From contig OZ024741.1 of NCBI GenBank assembly GCA_964016885.1, forward strand, positions 314,526,001-314,590,000: DNA of 64,000 bases, written 5' to 3'. Origin of the DNA: Eledone cirrhosa. Lineage: Eukaryota. This document shows positions 11,785 to 27,514 of the stretch, piece after piece. Within the stretch, counting starts at the first letter, position 1, and every line of letters starts with the position of its first letter. The notes under the pieces were generated by a model that did not search any database, was not told the origin of the DNA, and was given only the letters and a program-made list of their open reading frames with translations. A program made the position numbers and the translations under genes.

Positions 11785-12464
11785 GTACATGTATATCACG
11801 AAAGTAATCACCAAAGTAATTACCAAAGTAAACGTACAGAAAATATAAATAAACTGAAACAATCGGATACAACTTTGTCAACGCTGATGAAACCAATAAC
11901 CTATACAACATGGATAAACAAGAATCACCGAAATCATAAATAGGGAGTTAAGTAAGAAATGTAAAAAGAGATTTTAAAGTGAAATCTGGATGAGGCAATT
12001 GAAGACATGAATTAGATAGTAACTAGACGTCAGAAACGCGGATAACACTGAGGGTTACAAACCGAATTACAACACTAATGTCACAGTCAGACATATTGCA
12101 ATTCAGGCCGGTCATCGAAGTAATAAGCAAAATTCTAATTAGTGTCTTCGCCAACGAAGACTCTAATTAGATATAATAAGGACCTATGTACGGGAAAATA
12201 TTGTTCGTACAGTTTCTATATTACAATGGGATCCAGTGACTCAGAGCAGGTGACCGATCACGTGAGATATGTGAAGAAGTGTTTTCTGGGTCTCAGCGGA
12301 GGATTATATCATGATGATGCCCTATGTATCCCACTCATACATAAACAGATAGATTAGCGAGGATGAAGAAGTAAATATCTTAAATTTTCAAAAACATAAG
12401 ACAAGAAGTCGCAATCTACAGTAAACATTAAAAATCTTATATATCAATTCAATTCTTCGACATT

Positions 12465-12468
<4 letters not shown>
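11785..12468 (+). mobile_element. Old, internally deleted Hydra-type PLE relic between (TA)n tracts; units 1-8
   Basis: [13 protein letters not shown] and FYITMGSSDSEQVTDHV..LSGGLYHDDAL align with VRADKTSNVYTMD and DITMGSNDSAEVTDLV..LHGGIYRDDAL of the 55741 element. Homologues start at ~4561, 18893, 26095, 33275, 40672, 47594, 54495. Confidence 0.8.
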
Positions 12469-12543
<75 letters not shown>

Positions 12544-13054
12544 CATTTTTATCATGGTCGTTTTGCAAGCCTCAACAATGCAGATGGGTAAATCTCCGGG
12601 TAACAATATCCGGTGGTGGAGAGAGAGATGTAAGGGAATGGAGAATGAGATGTACAGGGTGTAGTGGAACGTTGGAAGGGGCGTAAAAAAAGAAAATAAT
12701 AACACGGGAGAGATTTAATTGTCCCAATATTTTGGATGCGCATCCATCAACTGGGGAGTTTTCCGGGGTGAAAGTTATCTGTCGGAGAGGAACAGTATGT
12801 GGCCTCTGTTGTCCGTTGTTTGTTTGTAACTGAGGTATTCTGAAGAGCGCACTTGCGCGCGGAATAGGTGCGGTCAAGCAAAGATCGAAGCACCTCCTTT
12901 TTTATTGTGGGAGTGGGATAGCAATACACTTTATGGTTAATTAAAAGCATTTTGAAGACCTTGCGCTATTGATTTAAAGTAGTGACTACGTCACTTACTT
13001 CTATGCTTTTAATTAAACATACAGTGTATTGCAATATACACTATATATACATTC

Positions 13055-13163
<109 letters not shown>

Positions 13164-13247
13164 GAAGGTGTGATAAGATACCAAGCGGAGTTCTGTTCTA
13201 GCTGTCAAAGTGAGCGGTGCTCAGACGTCGTACCCCTAACACTTTTC

Positions 13248-13326
<79 letters not shown>

Positions 13327-15450
13327 TATATAGATATATATATATATATATATATAGATATATATGAACATATTCAAGACCCCTGACGGCAGAGCTCCAC
13401 CATAGTACAGAGAATGGGACCCTGTCAAGATGTTCTCCCTATCTTAAAAATCTAGATACAATGGCTTACACTTTGCTATGTACCTCTGAAGCAGTCGTCG
13501 CACTATACAGGGAGTATCAATGGCACTCTTTTTCTTCTTCTTGCTAAAATGGTAGTGGGTGGGGGAACCATTCCTTCCAGTGGGTTTGTCAGAAGCAACC
13601 GTCTCCAAATAATCCGGCTGGATCCCTAGTCTAGACCAGATCTGCTCATGGATGTTATGCAACCATATTGCACGGTCTCTCTCGCTGGGCTTCATTCCGG
13701 GTGCGTTTACCCGAAAATCTTTGTATCGATTTTTTCGCGAGACATTTTAAACGCATGGATATAGTATCGTATTTGTAATCTCTCAATTCGGAGAAGAAGC
13801 GACACTCCCTGGAAGGAAACCAGATCTCCAAGCTAGGCACCCTACTGAGTAACGTTACTGAAAATACCCTTTGGAGGAACCCTATTTCTGACGCTTGTAT
13901 TCACAATGATATTCGTTTGATCATTACCCAAGATTCATGACCATAATGCGTTTGTACACGAATACCGTACTGAAGATAACCAGTTTGGATTTTTCACCTA
14001 CATCCCTTCTTCCGCATTACAGCACCAGCTCCTGCAATTCTTGCGCACTTAATACAGCCCCATGCTTTCCATCACTTGGTAACATTGCCTCAACATACTT
14101 GAATTTCTCCACCTGTTTAAGTGGAACTCCATTCATATATAGATTGCACGGCACAAGGATACCTTGAGACGACGAGTGTCTCAGTTTTCGCAGCATTGAT
14201 ATTCATTCCAGCCATGCAGCACTCGACATCAAACCTACAGAGTGCAATTCGGTGATTTTCTTCTTTGGAGTTAAGGAATACCGCGTCGTCTGAAAATTCT
14301 AGCCGACTGATTTTACACTTGCCAGTCATGATACAACTTCTAGCCCGACTGCCCATGTCAATCATTTTCATATAAATAATGAACACGATAGATGAAAAAC
14401 GCACTCCTAGATTGAATGGTTTCCATTTAGCACCATTTATCCAGTGGTAGCATAAATTCAAACGTCATCTTATCTACTTTGAATATATCTCGAATTAATC
14501 ATGCTATAACATTTTCAACAAATTTCATAACATGGTCCATTAACTTGATACTTCCGTACTTATGTTCTCTAGTGCATCTTCATATTCCTTGTAGACAATG
14601 ACGATAACTTTGCTGCTCCAGTCATTGGGTGTGACACCTTTCTTGTACTACTTGATTAACTATATGTCCGAGTAGCACATATCCTACAATGTCAGGTGCT
14701 TTTAGCCTCTCAACAAATATACCAGATGGTCCAGTGGCCTTCTCTAGATTCATGTCCCTAATTGATTTATCTATCTCATTGTTGTCAACTTCTTAGCTGA
14801 TCCCTTAGTCAGATATACATGTGGTAAGCCCTTACTGTCCCATTTATTCTCTTCGTTCAGTAGTCTCTCATAGTAAGTACTTCTTTTCGGTATAAGACAA
14901 GGTGGGTGTTCCACTGCCATTTCGACCATTTCACGATTTTCTCTAGCACACTCTCTTGCAATCCTTTATACATCCTTCAACTGATCTTCGCGACGAAGAA
15001 CATGAGAAACTGTTTTTCTCCCTCTGCTCTTGCTAGGTATACCTAATTAAACCTAGTTAAGGAGATAATGGAGGTAAGGGTGGGTAGGAAGACTTGACAA
15101 AAGAAAGACAGGCGTCAAGCTCTTCATGTTAGAAAGAAGTGGCGCAGATAGAATACTCAATATAACGGCCGTATAACTCAGGGGTAGGTGCAGTATACTG
15201 GGAGAAAATTTGATCTTCGTCGTAGCTGACGAACAAGTCGGCGTATTTCGTGTACATGCAATTTACCATGGCTATCCCAGTAATGTGTCGGTAATACTTC
15301 CTCGAAATTGTTGAGGTTGAGAACAACTGATTCTTTTATCACCACTTTAATCTTATAATTATTGATATGGTATATATAATTTATATCTCATTTGTAACTG
15401 TATTTAATTAATGGTATATTCAACATTGTCATGTATATTGATATTTTCAG

Positions 15451-15585
15451 AATGCCCAGCAGGAAAGTATGGTGTGTCTTGTCGGTTGACATGCCATTGT
15501 TTCAACAACACTAAGTGTGAAAAAGTAACTGGAAACTGTTCAGCTGGATGTGCTGCAGGTTTTATGGGTAGCAGCTGCGACGAAG
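15451..15585 (+). CDS. Internal coding exon, EGF-like module copy 3
   Basis: AG/GT bounded, 135 bp, phase 1-1; [44 protein letters not shown] (array consensus). Confidence 0.9.
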
Positions 15586-15611
15586 GTATTTCTTAAAGAT
15601 ACTACGTATTT

Positions 15612-15658
<47 letters not shown>

Positions 15659-18150
15659 GTTTCTACTTTTGGCACAAGGCCAGCAATTATCCAGTGTATT
15701 ACTTGTACTTTATTTTATCGACCCCGTAAGTATGAAAGGCAAAGTTAACCTCGGCGGGATTTGAACTCAGAATGGCAAGGGCCGTAACTCTATACGTCAA
15801 AGCATGGCGTCCGACCCTCTACCGATGCTGCCAATCCACTGCTAATATATATAATAACTACTAAATAGGGAGATGTTTAAATTATAGTAACAAGTTTTGA
15901 AAGGGGATCAATATTACAGATAAATTATCCATTTATTGAACGTACAGTAGAACGGAGGGTAAATTACAGTATGAAATGTCGTAATTAGGCAAATTATTAG
16001 TTAATATCTTCTTCTATCATATGAATCAAAACAAAACAAAAGGTTCTTCATCCTCAGTCTATACTGATTAATGTTCAGAGCGATCCTTAGCATTCTCGTG
16101 TAGCGCCCATCCACCATCTGAGTAAGTTTCTTGGTGAATGTCCCAGTCTCAGACCCATACAGAAGCACAGACTCCCCTACAGCAACGAAGAGACGGGTCT
16201 TCAGCTCTTTACGAAGGTCCGACTTCCACACCGATCTGTGGCACGCCGCCCACGCTTTTCTCTTCCTCTCGATCACATCATCTTCTGTATTCCCAGTCTT
16301 TGCTCCCAGATACAGGACGTCCTCAACTAATTCTAGCGGCTTCCCGCCTACATTAGTAATCTTCTCTGGCTTCTTAATATTCTCTACCATATACTTCATC
16401 TTAATCTCATTCATTCAAAGCCCCATATTCATCGATGCAGTCTCCACCTCCTGCATCAAATCCTCTGCCTCCTTCACTGTGTTTGTCACCAGAACTATGT
16501 CATCGACAAATTCAGCATCCGATATCTTTTTCGCCTTAACTCTGCTCTTCTGACCCAATGTTACAGTAAAAAGCAAGTGAGCTAATCCGGAGGAGACAGA
16601 AGTGAGTAGTTATGCAGACTTCTAGCCAGTATAGAAAAGGTTAATGTGCTCAATGCATATAGGTTGTTAGACTAGCGAACCATGCGATTAAATGTAATGA
16701 GAGATAGCTTAACAATTGTATAATAAGCAGAGTAAAAACCGTTTTTAAAATGCTGGAGGGAATAACAAAGATTTATGAATACATGTATATATTTAATGGC
16801 TGACAAGCATGGCAGTGTAAAAACCTCATAACAGCCATTTTGTGTGGCTGCTATCACTTCCTTTCACTTCCAACCTTTTACTAACAATATTCCACATTTA
16901 AAGAAGTTTTTTCACTTCGGTGATATAATTCAATTTATGAATTAATATGATATGAAGAATATTTTTGTAGGCTCTGATGGCTCTAGCTCCCACATTTTGC
17001 CACCGATTTCGTTCAAATTTTATAGCAAAATAGAATTTATCATTGCACATCCTGTAATGGCTTAATACTTTGCATTTGTTGTTCAGGGACGACGTTGCAG
17101 CCGCTTATATTTTCAAAATATACCACTTTTAGACTCAAATTTCCACTTTTTCGGTGGATACTGTTGCTAGTATATATATAAATTTACAGTATCGTGAGAG
17201 AGGATATAGAGATGAGGTAAAAGGAAACAATAGAGAGGATTATTTGCCAAAAGCGGGTGCAAATGTGCTCCATGCTTAGGTAAGCAAGGTTAAACATTAG
17301 AGGCGTTAATATTTAGTGTACGAAGTTAAGCAGAGCATTTATAATCGAAAATATTAATGAAACAGAAGCAAGCCGTTAAAACACATTTATAAATAATCTA
17401 AAAACATTTGTATTAACATCATTATTTTAATTTTTATTTGTATTTAAATCATTTATTATCTTATATATACACACCTTTCACCATTTGTATTTGTATTTCA
17501 CCACTTAAACATATTTTATCTGTATCATTTTATCCTATAATATAATACATCTCGAACTAGCTATTTTACATAGTAATGTATATTCGTCCGTATGTTTATT
17601 TTCTATTCTTTCTTCTTCATATCCCAATATTCATGATTAATTTCTATCCCCTTCTGCCTCCTCATCCCTCTTAATCTTCCTCTATTTCTTCTCATCTTCC
17701 TTACTTATCCTTCCTCTTTGCCTATGCTATATCCCCACCCTTTTATCTTTCTATATATATCTTTATTATTATTAATATTATATTTATTTTGATGTGATAG
17801 TTTGATTTAGTAACTTTGCCGGTTATACATTTAACTATATCTTCGTTCCTTCTTTCGTCATTTTCTTTCTTTCTCTCTCATTTCCATCTGTACGCCTTCC
17901 TTTATTTATTTATCATTAATACTATTATTGATGTAGAAATTTGAATTTTCAAGTTTACCGTTACGCATATATTTTATATTAGTTAATAGTTTCTGATGAA
18001 ATGATTGAATTTAGATGTATGGTAAATTGAGTTATACTGTCTCCAGTATTTAGCAATTTATAGACGATTCTATCATGGAAACAATTGTAAGATAATAAAT
18101 AAATATCCATGTTTGTACTGTCAACCATGTTATACTTAACTGTTTTATAC

Positions 18151-18217
<67 letters not shown>

Positions 18218-18801
18218 TCGCCGTATTTTGACTAAAGAAATTAAAGAAATTATTTAACCTGATAATGGGGTTAAGAACCCTCGGAGAAATGGAAAAAGAT
18301 GACTATTGACATACATGGGAGTTGAACCCACATCTTTGGGTACCCGGACCACAAGTGAAACCATTAACACCAACACATCAAATAAATATAATATTAATAA
18401 TATCAGGCTAAATAATTTCTTTAATTTCTTTCGTCAAAATACAGCGATAGCTTACATTTCTAATAATTTCAAACCCACTCGCTGCTCCGAAATTATTCTT
18501 ACTTGACATTACAGTCGCTAAGTTTATAGCTTCTAATTTGAATGGAAAAAGACGGGTGATGTGTTGGTGTAAATGGTAGCACAGTGGTCCGGATAACCAA
18601 AGATGTGGGTGCGACTCCCATGTACGTCAGTACTCATCTTTTTCCATTTCTCCGAGGGTTCTTAACCCCACTATCTGGCTAAATAATTTCTTTAATTTAT
18701 TTAGTCAAAATACGGCGATAGCTTACATTTCTAATAATTTCATCCACACTCGCTGTTCCGAAAATATTCTTACTATATATATACATATATATGTATATAT
18801 A

Positions 18802-18897
<96 letters not shown>

Positions 18898-19572
18898 TGT
18901 ATATCACGAAAGTAATCACCAAAGTAATTACCAAATTAAACGTACAGAAAATATAAGTAAACTGAAACAATCGGATACAACTTTGTCAACGCTGATGAAA
19001 CCAATAACCTATACAACATGGATAATCAAGAATCACCGAAATCATAAATAGGGAGTTAAGTAAGAAATGTAAAAAGAGACTTTAAAGTGAAATCTGGATG
19101 AGGCAATTGAAGACATGAATTAGATAGTAACTAGACGTCAGAAACGCGGATAACACTGAGGGTTACAAACCGAATTACAACACTAATGTCACAGTCAGAT
19201 ATATTGCAATTCAGGCCGGTCATCGAAGTAATAAGCAAAATTCTAATTAGTGTCTTCGCCAACGAAGACTCTAATTAGATATAATAAGGACCTATGAACG
19301 GGAAAATATTGTTCGTACAGTTTCTATATTACAATGGGATCCAGTGACTCAGAGCAGGTGACCGATCACGTGAGATATGTGAAGAAGTGTTTTCTGGGTC
19401 TCAGCGGAGGATTATATCATGATGATGCCCTATGTATCCCACTCATACATAAACAGACAGATTAGCGAGGATGAAGAAGTAAATATCTTAAATTTTCAAG
19501 AACATAAGACAAGAAGTCGCAATCTACAGTAAACATTAAAAATCTTATATATCAATTCAATTCTTCGACATT

Positions 19573-19616
<44 letters not shown>

Positions 19617-20123
19617 ATTTCTTTCATGGTCGTTTTGCAAGCCTCAACAATGCAGATGGGTAAATCTCCGGGTTACAAAATCCGGTGGTGGAGAGAGAGA
19701 TGTAAGGGAATGGAGAATGAGATGTACAGGATGTAGTGGAACGTTGGAAGGGGCGTAAAAAAAGAAAATAATAACACGGGAGAGATTTAATTGTCCCAAT
19801 ATTTTGGATGCGCATCCATCAACTGGGGAGGTTTCCGGGGGGAAAGTTATCTGTCGGAGAGGAACAGTATGTGGCCTCTGTTGTCCGTTGTTTGTTTGTA
19901 ACTGAGGTATTCTGAAGAGCGCACTTGCGCGCGGAATAGGTGCGGTCAAGCAAAGATCAAAGCACCTCCTTTTTTGTTGTGGGAGTGGGATAGCAATACA
20001 CTTTATGGCTAATTAAAAGCATTTTGAAGACCTTGCGCTATTGATTTAAATTAGTGACTATGTCACTTACTACTATGCTTTTAATTAAACATACAGTTTA
20101 TTGCAAAATACACTATATATACA

Positions 20124-20193
<70 letters not shown>

Positions 20194-20279
20194 TATAATG
20201 AAGGTGTGATAAGACACCAAGCGGAGTTTTGTTCTAGCTGTCAAAGTGAGCGGTGCTCAGACGTCGTACCCCTAACACT

Positions 20280-20330
<51 letters not shown>

Positions 20331-22447
20331 TATATAGATATATATAGATATATATAGATATATTTGAACATATTCAAGACCCCTGACGGCAGAACTCCAC
20401 CATAGTACAGAGAATGGGACCCTGTCAAGATGTTCTCCCTATCTTAAAAATCTAGATACAATGGCTTACACTTTGCTATGTACCTCTCAAGCAGTCGTCG
20501 CACTATACAGGGAGTATCAATGGCACTCTTCTTCTTCTTGCTAAAATGGTAGTGGGTGGGGGAACCATTCCTTCCAGTGGGTTTGTCAGAAGCAACCGTC
20601 TCCAAATAATCCGGCTGGATCCCTAGTCTAGACCAGATCTGCTCATGGATGTTATGCAACCATCTTGCACGGTCTCTCTCGCTGGGCTTCATTCCGGGTG
20701 CGTTTACCCGAAAATCTTTGTATCGATTTTTTCGCGAGACATTTTAAACGCATGGATATAGTATCGTATTTGTAATCTCTCAATTCGGAGAAGAAGCGAC
20801 ACTCCCTGGAAGGAAGCCAGATCTCCAAGCTACGCACCCTACTGAGTAACGTTACTGAAAATACCCTTTGGAGGAACCCTATTTCTGACGCTTGTATTCA
20901 CAATGATATTCGTTTGATCATTACCCAAGATTCATGACCATAATGCGTTTGTACACGAATACCGTACTGAAGATAACCAGTTTGGATTTTTCACCTACAT
21001 CCCTTCTTCCGCATTACAGCACCAGCTCCTGCAATTCTTGCGCACTTAATACAGCCCCATGCGTTCCATCACTTGGTAACATTGCCTCAACCTACTTGAA
21101 TTTCTCCACCTGTTTAAGTGGAACTCCATTCATATATAGATTGCACGGCACAGGGATACCTTGAGACGACGAGTGTCTCAGTTTTCGCAGCATTGATTTT
21201 CATTCCAGCCATGCAGCACTCGACATCAAACCTACAGAGTGCAATTCGGTGATTTTCTTCTTCGGAGTTAAGGAATACCGCGTCGTCTGAAAATTCTAGC
21301 CGACTGATTTTACACTTGCCAGTCATGATACAACTTCTAGCCCGACTGCCCATGTCAATCATTTTCATATAAATAATGAACACGATAGATGAAAAATGCA
21401 CTCCCAGATTGAATGGTTTCCATTTAGCACCATTTATCCAGTGGTAGCATAAATTCAAACGTCATCTTATCTACTTTGAATATCTCTCGAATTAATCATG
21501 CTATAACATTTTCAACAAATTTCATAACATGGTCCATCAACTTGATACTTCCGTACTTATCTTCTCTAGTGCATCTTCATATTCCTTGTAGACAATGACG
21601 ATAACTTTGCTGCTCCAGTCATTGGGTATGACACCTTTCTTGTACTACTTGATTAACTATATGTCCGAGTAGCACATATCCTACAATGTCAGGTGCTTTT
21701 AGCCTCTCAACAAATATACCAGATGGTCCAGTGGCCTTCTCTAGATTCATGTCCCTAATTGATTTATCTATCTCATTGCTGTCAACTTCTTAGCTGATCC
21801 CTTAGTCAGATATACATGTGGTAAGCCCTTACTGTCCCATTTATTCTCTTCGTTCAGTAGTCTCTCATAGTAAGTACTTCTTTTCGGTATAAGACAAGGT
21901 GGGTGTTCCACTGCCATTTCGACCATTTCACGATTTTCTCTAGCACACTCTCTTGCAATCCTTTATACATCCTTCACCTGATCTTCGCGACGAAGAACAT
22001 GATAAACTGTTTTTCTCCCTCTGCTCTTGCTAGGTATACCTAATTAAACCTAGTTAAGGAGATAATGGAGGTAAGGGTGGGTAGGAAGACTTGACAAAAG
22101 AAAGACAGGCGTCAAGCTCTTCATGTTAGAAAGAAGTGGCGCAGATAGAATACTCAATATAACGGCCGTATAACTCAGGGGTAGGTGCAGTATACTGGGA
22201 GAAAATTTGATCTTCGTCGTAGCTGACGAATAAGTCGGCGTATTTCGTGTACATGCAATTTACCATGGCTATCCCAGTAATGTGTCGGTAATACTTCCTC
22301 GAAATTGTTGAGGTTGAGAACAACTGATTCTTTTATCACCACTTTAATCTTATAATTATTGATATGGTATATATAATTTATATCTCATTTATAACTGTAT
22401 TTAATTAATGGTATATTCAACATTGTCATGTATATTGATATTTTCAG

Positions 22448-22582
22448 AATGCCCAGCAGGAAAGTATGGTGTGTCTTGTCGGTTGACATGCCATTGTTTC
22501 AACAACACTAAGTGTGATAAAGTAACTGGAAACTGTTCAGCTGGATGTGCTGCAGGTTTTATGGGTAGCAGCTGCGACGAAG
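22448..22582 (+). CDS. Internal coding exon, EGF-like module copy 4
   Basis: AG/GT bounded, 135 bp, phase 1-1; consensus with E>D (CDKVTG). Confidence 0.9.
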
Positions 22583-22634
22583 GTATTTCTTAAAGATACT
22601 ACGTATTTACAATATATATATATATATATATATA

Positions 22635-22683
<49 letters not shown>

Positions 22684-25360
22684 GTTTCTACTTTAGGCAC
22701 AAGGCCAGCAATTACCCAGTGCATTATTGGTACATTATTTTATAGACCCCGTAAGGATGAAAGGCAAAGACAACCTCGGCGGGATATGAACTCAGATCGT
22801 AAAGGGACGTAACTATGCTGGAAAGCATGGCATCCGACACTCTACCGATACTGCTAATATATATAATTGTTTCTACTTTTGGCACAAGGCCAGCAATTAT
22901 CCAGTGTATTACTGGTACTTTATTTTATCGACCCCGTAAGTATGAAAGGCAAAGTTAACCTCGGCGGGATTTGAACTCAGAATGGCAAGGGCCGTAACTC
23001 TATACGTCAAAGCATGGCGTCCGACCCTCTACCGATACTGCTAATCCACTGCTAATATATATAATAACTACTAAATAGGGAGATGTTTAAATTATAGTAA
23101 CAAGTTTTGAAAGGGGATCAATATTACAGATAAATTATCCATTTATTGAACGTACAGTAGAACGGAGGGTAAATTACAGTATGAAATGTCGTAATTAGGC
23201 AAATTATTAGTTAATATCTTCTTCTATCATATGAATCAAAACAAAACAAAAGGTTCTTCTTCCTCAGTCTATACTGATTAATGTTCAGAGCGATCCTTAG
23301 CATTCTCGTGTAGCGCCCATCCACCATCTGAGTAAGTTTCTCGGTGAATGTCCCAGTCTCAGACCCATACAGAAGCACAGACTCCCCTACAGCAACGAAG
23401 AGACGGGTCTTCAGCTCTTTACGAAGGTCCGACTTCCACACCGATCTGTGGCACGCCGCCCACGCTTTTCTCTTCCTCTCGATCACATCATCTTCTGTAT
23501 TCCCAGTCTTTGCTCCCAGATACAGGACGTTTTCAACTAATTCTAGCGGCTTCCCGCCTACATTAGTAATCTTCTCTGGCTTCTTAATATCCTCTACCAT
23601 ATACTTCATCTTAAACTCATTCATTCAAAGCCCCATATTCATCGATACAGTCTCCACCTCCTGCATCAAATCCTCTGCCTCCTTCACTGTGTTTGTCACC
23701 AGAACTATGTCATCGACAAATTCAGCATCCGATATCTTTTTCGCCATAACTCTGCTCTTCTGACCCAATGTTACAGTAAAAAGCAAGTGAGCTAATCCGG
23801 AGGAGACAGAAGTGAGTAGTTATGCAGACTTCTAGCCAGTATAGAAAAGGTTAATGTGCTCAATGCATATAGGTTGTTAGACTAGCGAACCATGCGATTA
23901 AATGTAATGAGAGATAGCTTAACAATTGTATAATAAGCAGAGTAAAAACCGTTTTTAAAATGCTGGACGGAATAACAATGATTTATGAATACATGTATAT
24001 ATTTAATGGCTGACAAGCATGGCAGTGTAAAAACCTCATAACAGCCATTTTGTGTGGCTGCTATCACTTCCTTTCACTTCCAACCTTTTACTAACAATAT
24101 TCCACATTTAAAGAAGTTTTTTCACTTCGGTGATATAATTCAATTTATGAATTAATATGATATGAAGAATATTTTTGTAGGCTCTGATGGCTCTAACTCC
24201 CACATTTTGCCACCGATTTCGTTCAAATTTTATAGCAAAATAGAATTTATCATTGCACATCCTATAATGGCTTAATACTTTGCATTTGTTGTTCAGGGAC
24301 GTCGTGGCAGCCGCTTATATTTTCAAAATATACCACTTTTAGACTCAAATTTCCACTTTTTCGGTGGATACTGTTGCTAGTATATATATAAATTTACAGT
24401 ATCGTGAGAGAGGATAGAGAGATGAGGTAAAAGGAAACAATACAGAGGATTATTTGCCAAAAGCGGGTGCAAATGTGCTCCATGCTTAGGTAAGCAAGGT
24501 TAAACATTAGAGGCGTTAATATTTAGTGTACGAAGTTAAGCAGAGCATTTATAATCGAAAATATTAATGAAACAGAAGCAAGCCGTTAAAACACATTTAT
24601 AAATAATCTAAAAACATTTGTATTAACATCATTATTTTAATTTTTATTTGTATTTAAATCATTTATTATCTTATATATACACACATTTCACCATTTGTAT
24701 TTGTATTTCACCACTTAAACATATTTTATCTGTATCATTTTATCCTATAATATAATACATCTCGAACTAGCTATTTTACATAGTAATGTATATTCGTCCG
24801 TATGTTTATTTTCTATTCTTTCTTCTTCATATCCCAATATTCATGATTAATTTCTATCCCCTTCTGCCTCCTCATCCCTCTTAATCTTCCTCTATTTCTT
24901 CTCATCTTCCTTACTTATCCTTCCTCTTTGCCTATGCTATATCCCCACCCTTTTATCTTTCTATATATATCTTTATTATTATTAATATTATATTTATTTT
25001 GATGTGATAGTTTGATTTAGTAACTTTGCCGGTTATACATTTAACTATATCTTCGTTCCTTCTTTCGTCATTTTCTTTCTTTCTCTCTCATTTCCATCTG
25101 TACGCCTTCCTTTATTTATTTATCATTAATACTATTATTGATGTAGAAATTTGAATTTTCAAGTTTACCGTTACGCATATATTTTATATTAGTTAATAGT
25201 TTCTGATGAAATGATTGAATTTAGATGTATGGTAAATTGAGTTATACTGTCTCCAGTATTTAGCAATTTATAGACGATTCTATCATGGAAACAATTGTAA
25301 GATAATAAATAAATATCCATGTTTGTACTGTCAACCATGTTATACTTAACTGTTTTATAC

Positions 25361-25425
<65 letters not shown>

Positions 25426-26009
25426 TCGCCGTATTTTGACTAAAGAAATGAAAGAAATTATTTAACCTGATAATGGGGTTAAGAACCCTCGGAGAAATGG
25501 AAAAAGATGACTATTGACATACATGGGAGTTGAACCCACATCTTTGGGTACCCGGACCACAAGTGAAACCATTAACACCAACACATCAAATAAATATAAT
25601 ATTAATAATATCAGGCTAAATAATTTCTTTAATTTCTTTCGTCAAAATACAGCGATAGCTTACATTTCTAATAATTTCAAACCCACTCGCTGCTCCGAAA
25701 TTATTCTTACTTGACATTACAGTCGCTAAGTTTATAGCTTCTAATTTGAATGGAAAAAGACGGGTGATGTGTTGGTGTAAATGGTAGCACAGTGGTCCGG
25801 ATAACCAAAGATGTGGGTGCGACTCCCATGTACGTCAGTACTCATCTTTTTCCATTTCTCCGAGGGTTCTTAACCCCACTATCTGGCTAAATAATTTCTT
25901 TAATTTATTTAGTCAAAATACGGCGATAGCTTACATTTCTAATAATTTCATCCACACTCGCTGTTCCGAAAATATTCTTACTATATATATACATATATAT
26001 GTATATATA

Positions 26010-26099
<90 letters not shown>

Positions 26100-26774
26100 T
26101 GTATATCACGAAAGTAATCACCAAAGTAATTACCAAAGTAAACGTACAGAAAATATAAGTAAACTGAAACAATCGGATACAACTTTGTCAACGCTGATGA
26201 AACCAATAACCTATACAACATGGATAATCAAGAATCACCGAAATCATAAATAGGGAGTTAAGTAAGAAATGTAAAAAGAGACTTTAAAGTGAAATCTGGA
26301 TGAGGCAATTGAAGACATGAATTAGATAGTAACTAGACGTCAGAAACGCGGATAACACTGAGGGTTACAAACCGAATTACAACACTAATGTCACAGTCAG
26401 ACATATTGCAATTCAGGCCGGTCATCGAAGTAATAAGCAAAATTCTAATTAGTGTCTTCGCCAACGAAGACTCTAATTAGATATAATAAGGACCTATGAA
26501 CGGGAAAATATTGTTCGTACAGTTTCTATATTACAATGGGATCCAGTGACTCAGAGCAGGTGACCGATCACGTGAGATATGTGAAGAAGTGTTTTCTGGG
26601 TCTCAGCGGAGGATTATATCATGATGATGCCCTATGTATCCCACTCATACATAAACAGACAGATTAGCGAGGATGAAGAAGTAAATATCTTAAATTTTCA
26701 AGAACATAAGACAAGAAGTCGCAATCTACAGTAAACATTAAAAATCTTATATATCAATTCAATTCTTCGACATT

Positions 26775-26812
<38 letters not shown>

Positions 26813-27319
26813 ATTTTTTTCATGGTCGTTTTGCAAGCCTCAACAATGCAGATGGGTAAATCTCCGGGTTACAAAATCCGGTGGTGGAGAGAGAGATGTA
26901 AGGGAATGGAGAATGAGATGTACAGGATGTAGTGGAACGTTGGAAGGGGCGTAAAAAAAGAAAATAATAACACGGGAGAGATTTAATTGTCCCAATATTT
27001 TGGATGCGCATCCATCAACTGGGGAGGTTTCCGGGGGGAAAGTTATCTGTCGGAGAGGAACAGTATGTGGCCTCTGTTGTCCGTTGTTTGTTTGTAACTG
27101 AGGTATTCTGAAGAGCGCACTTGCGCGCGGAATAGGTGCGGTCAAGCAAAGATCAAAGCACCTCCTTTTTTGTTGTGGGAGTGGGATAGCAATACACTTT
27201 ATGGCTAATTAAAAGCATTTTGAAGACCTTGCGCTATTGATTTAAATTAGTGACTATGTCACTTACTACTATGCTTTTAATTAAACATACAGTTTATTGC
27301 AAAATACACTATATATACA

Positions 27320-27385
<66 letters not shown>

Positions 27386-27471
27386 TATAATGAAGGTGTG
27401 ATAAGTCACCAAGCGGAGTTTTGTTCTAGCTGTCAAAGTGAGCGGTGCTCAGACGTCGTACCCCTAACACT

Positions 27472-27514
<43 letters not shown>
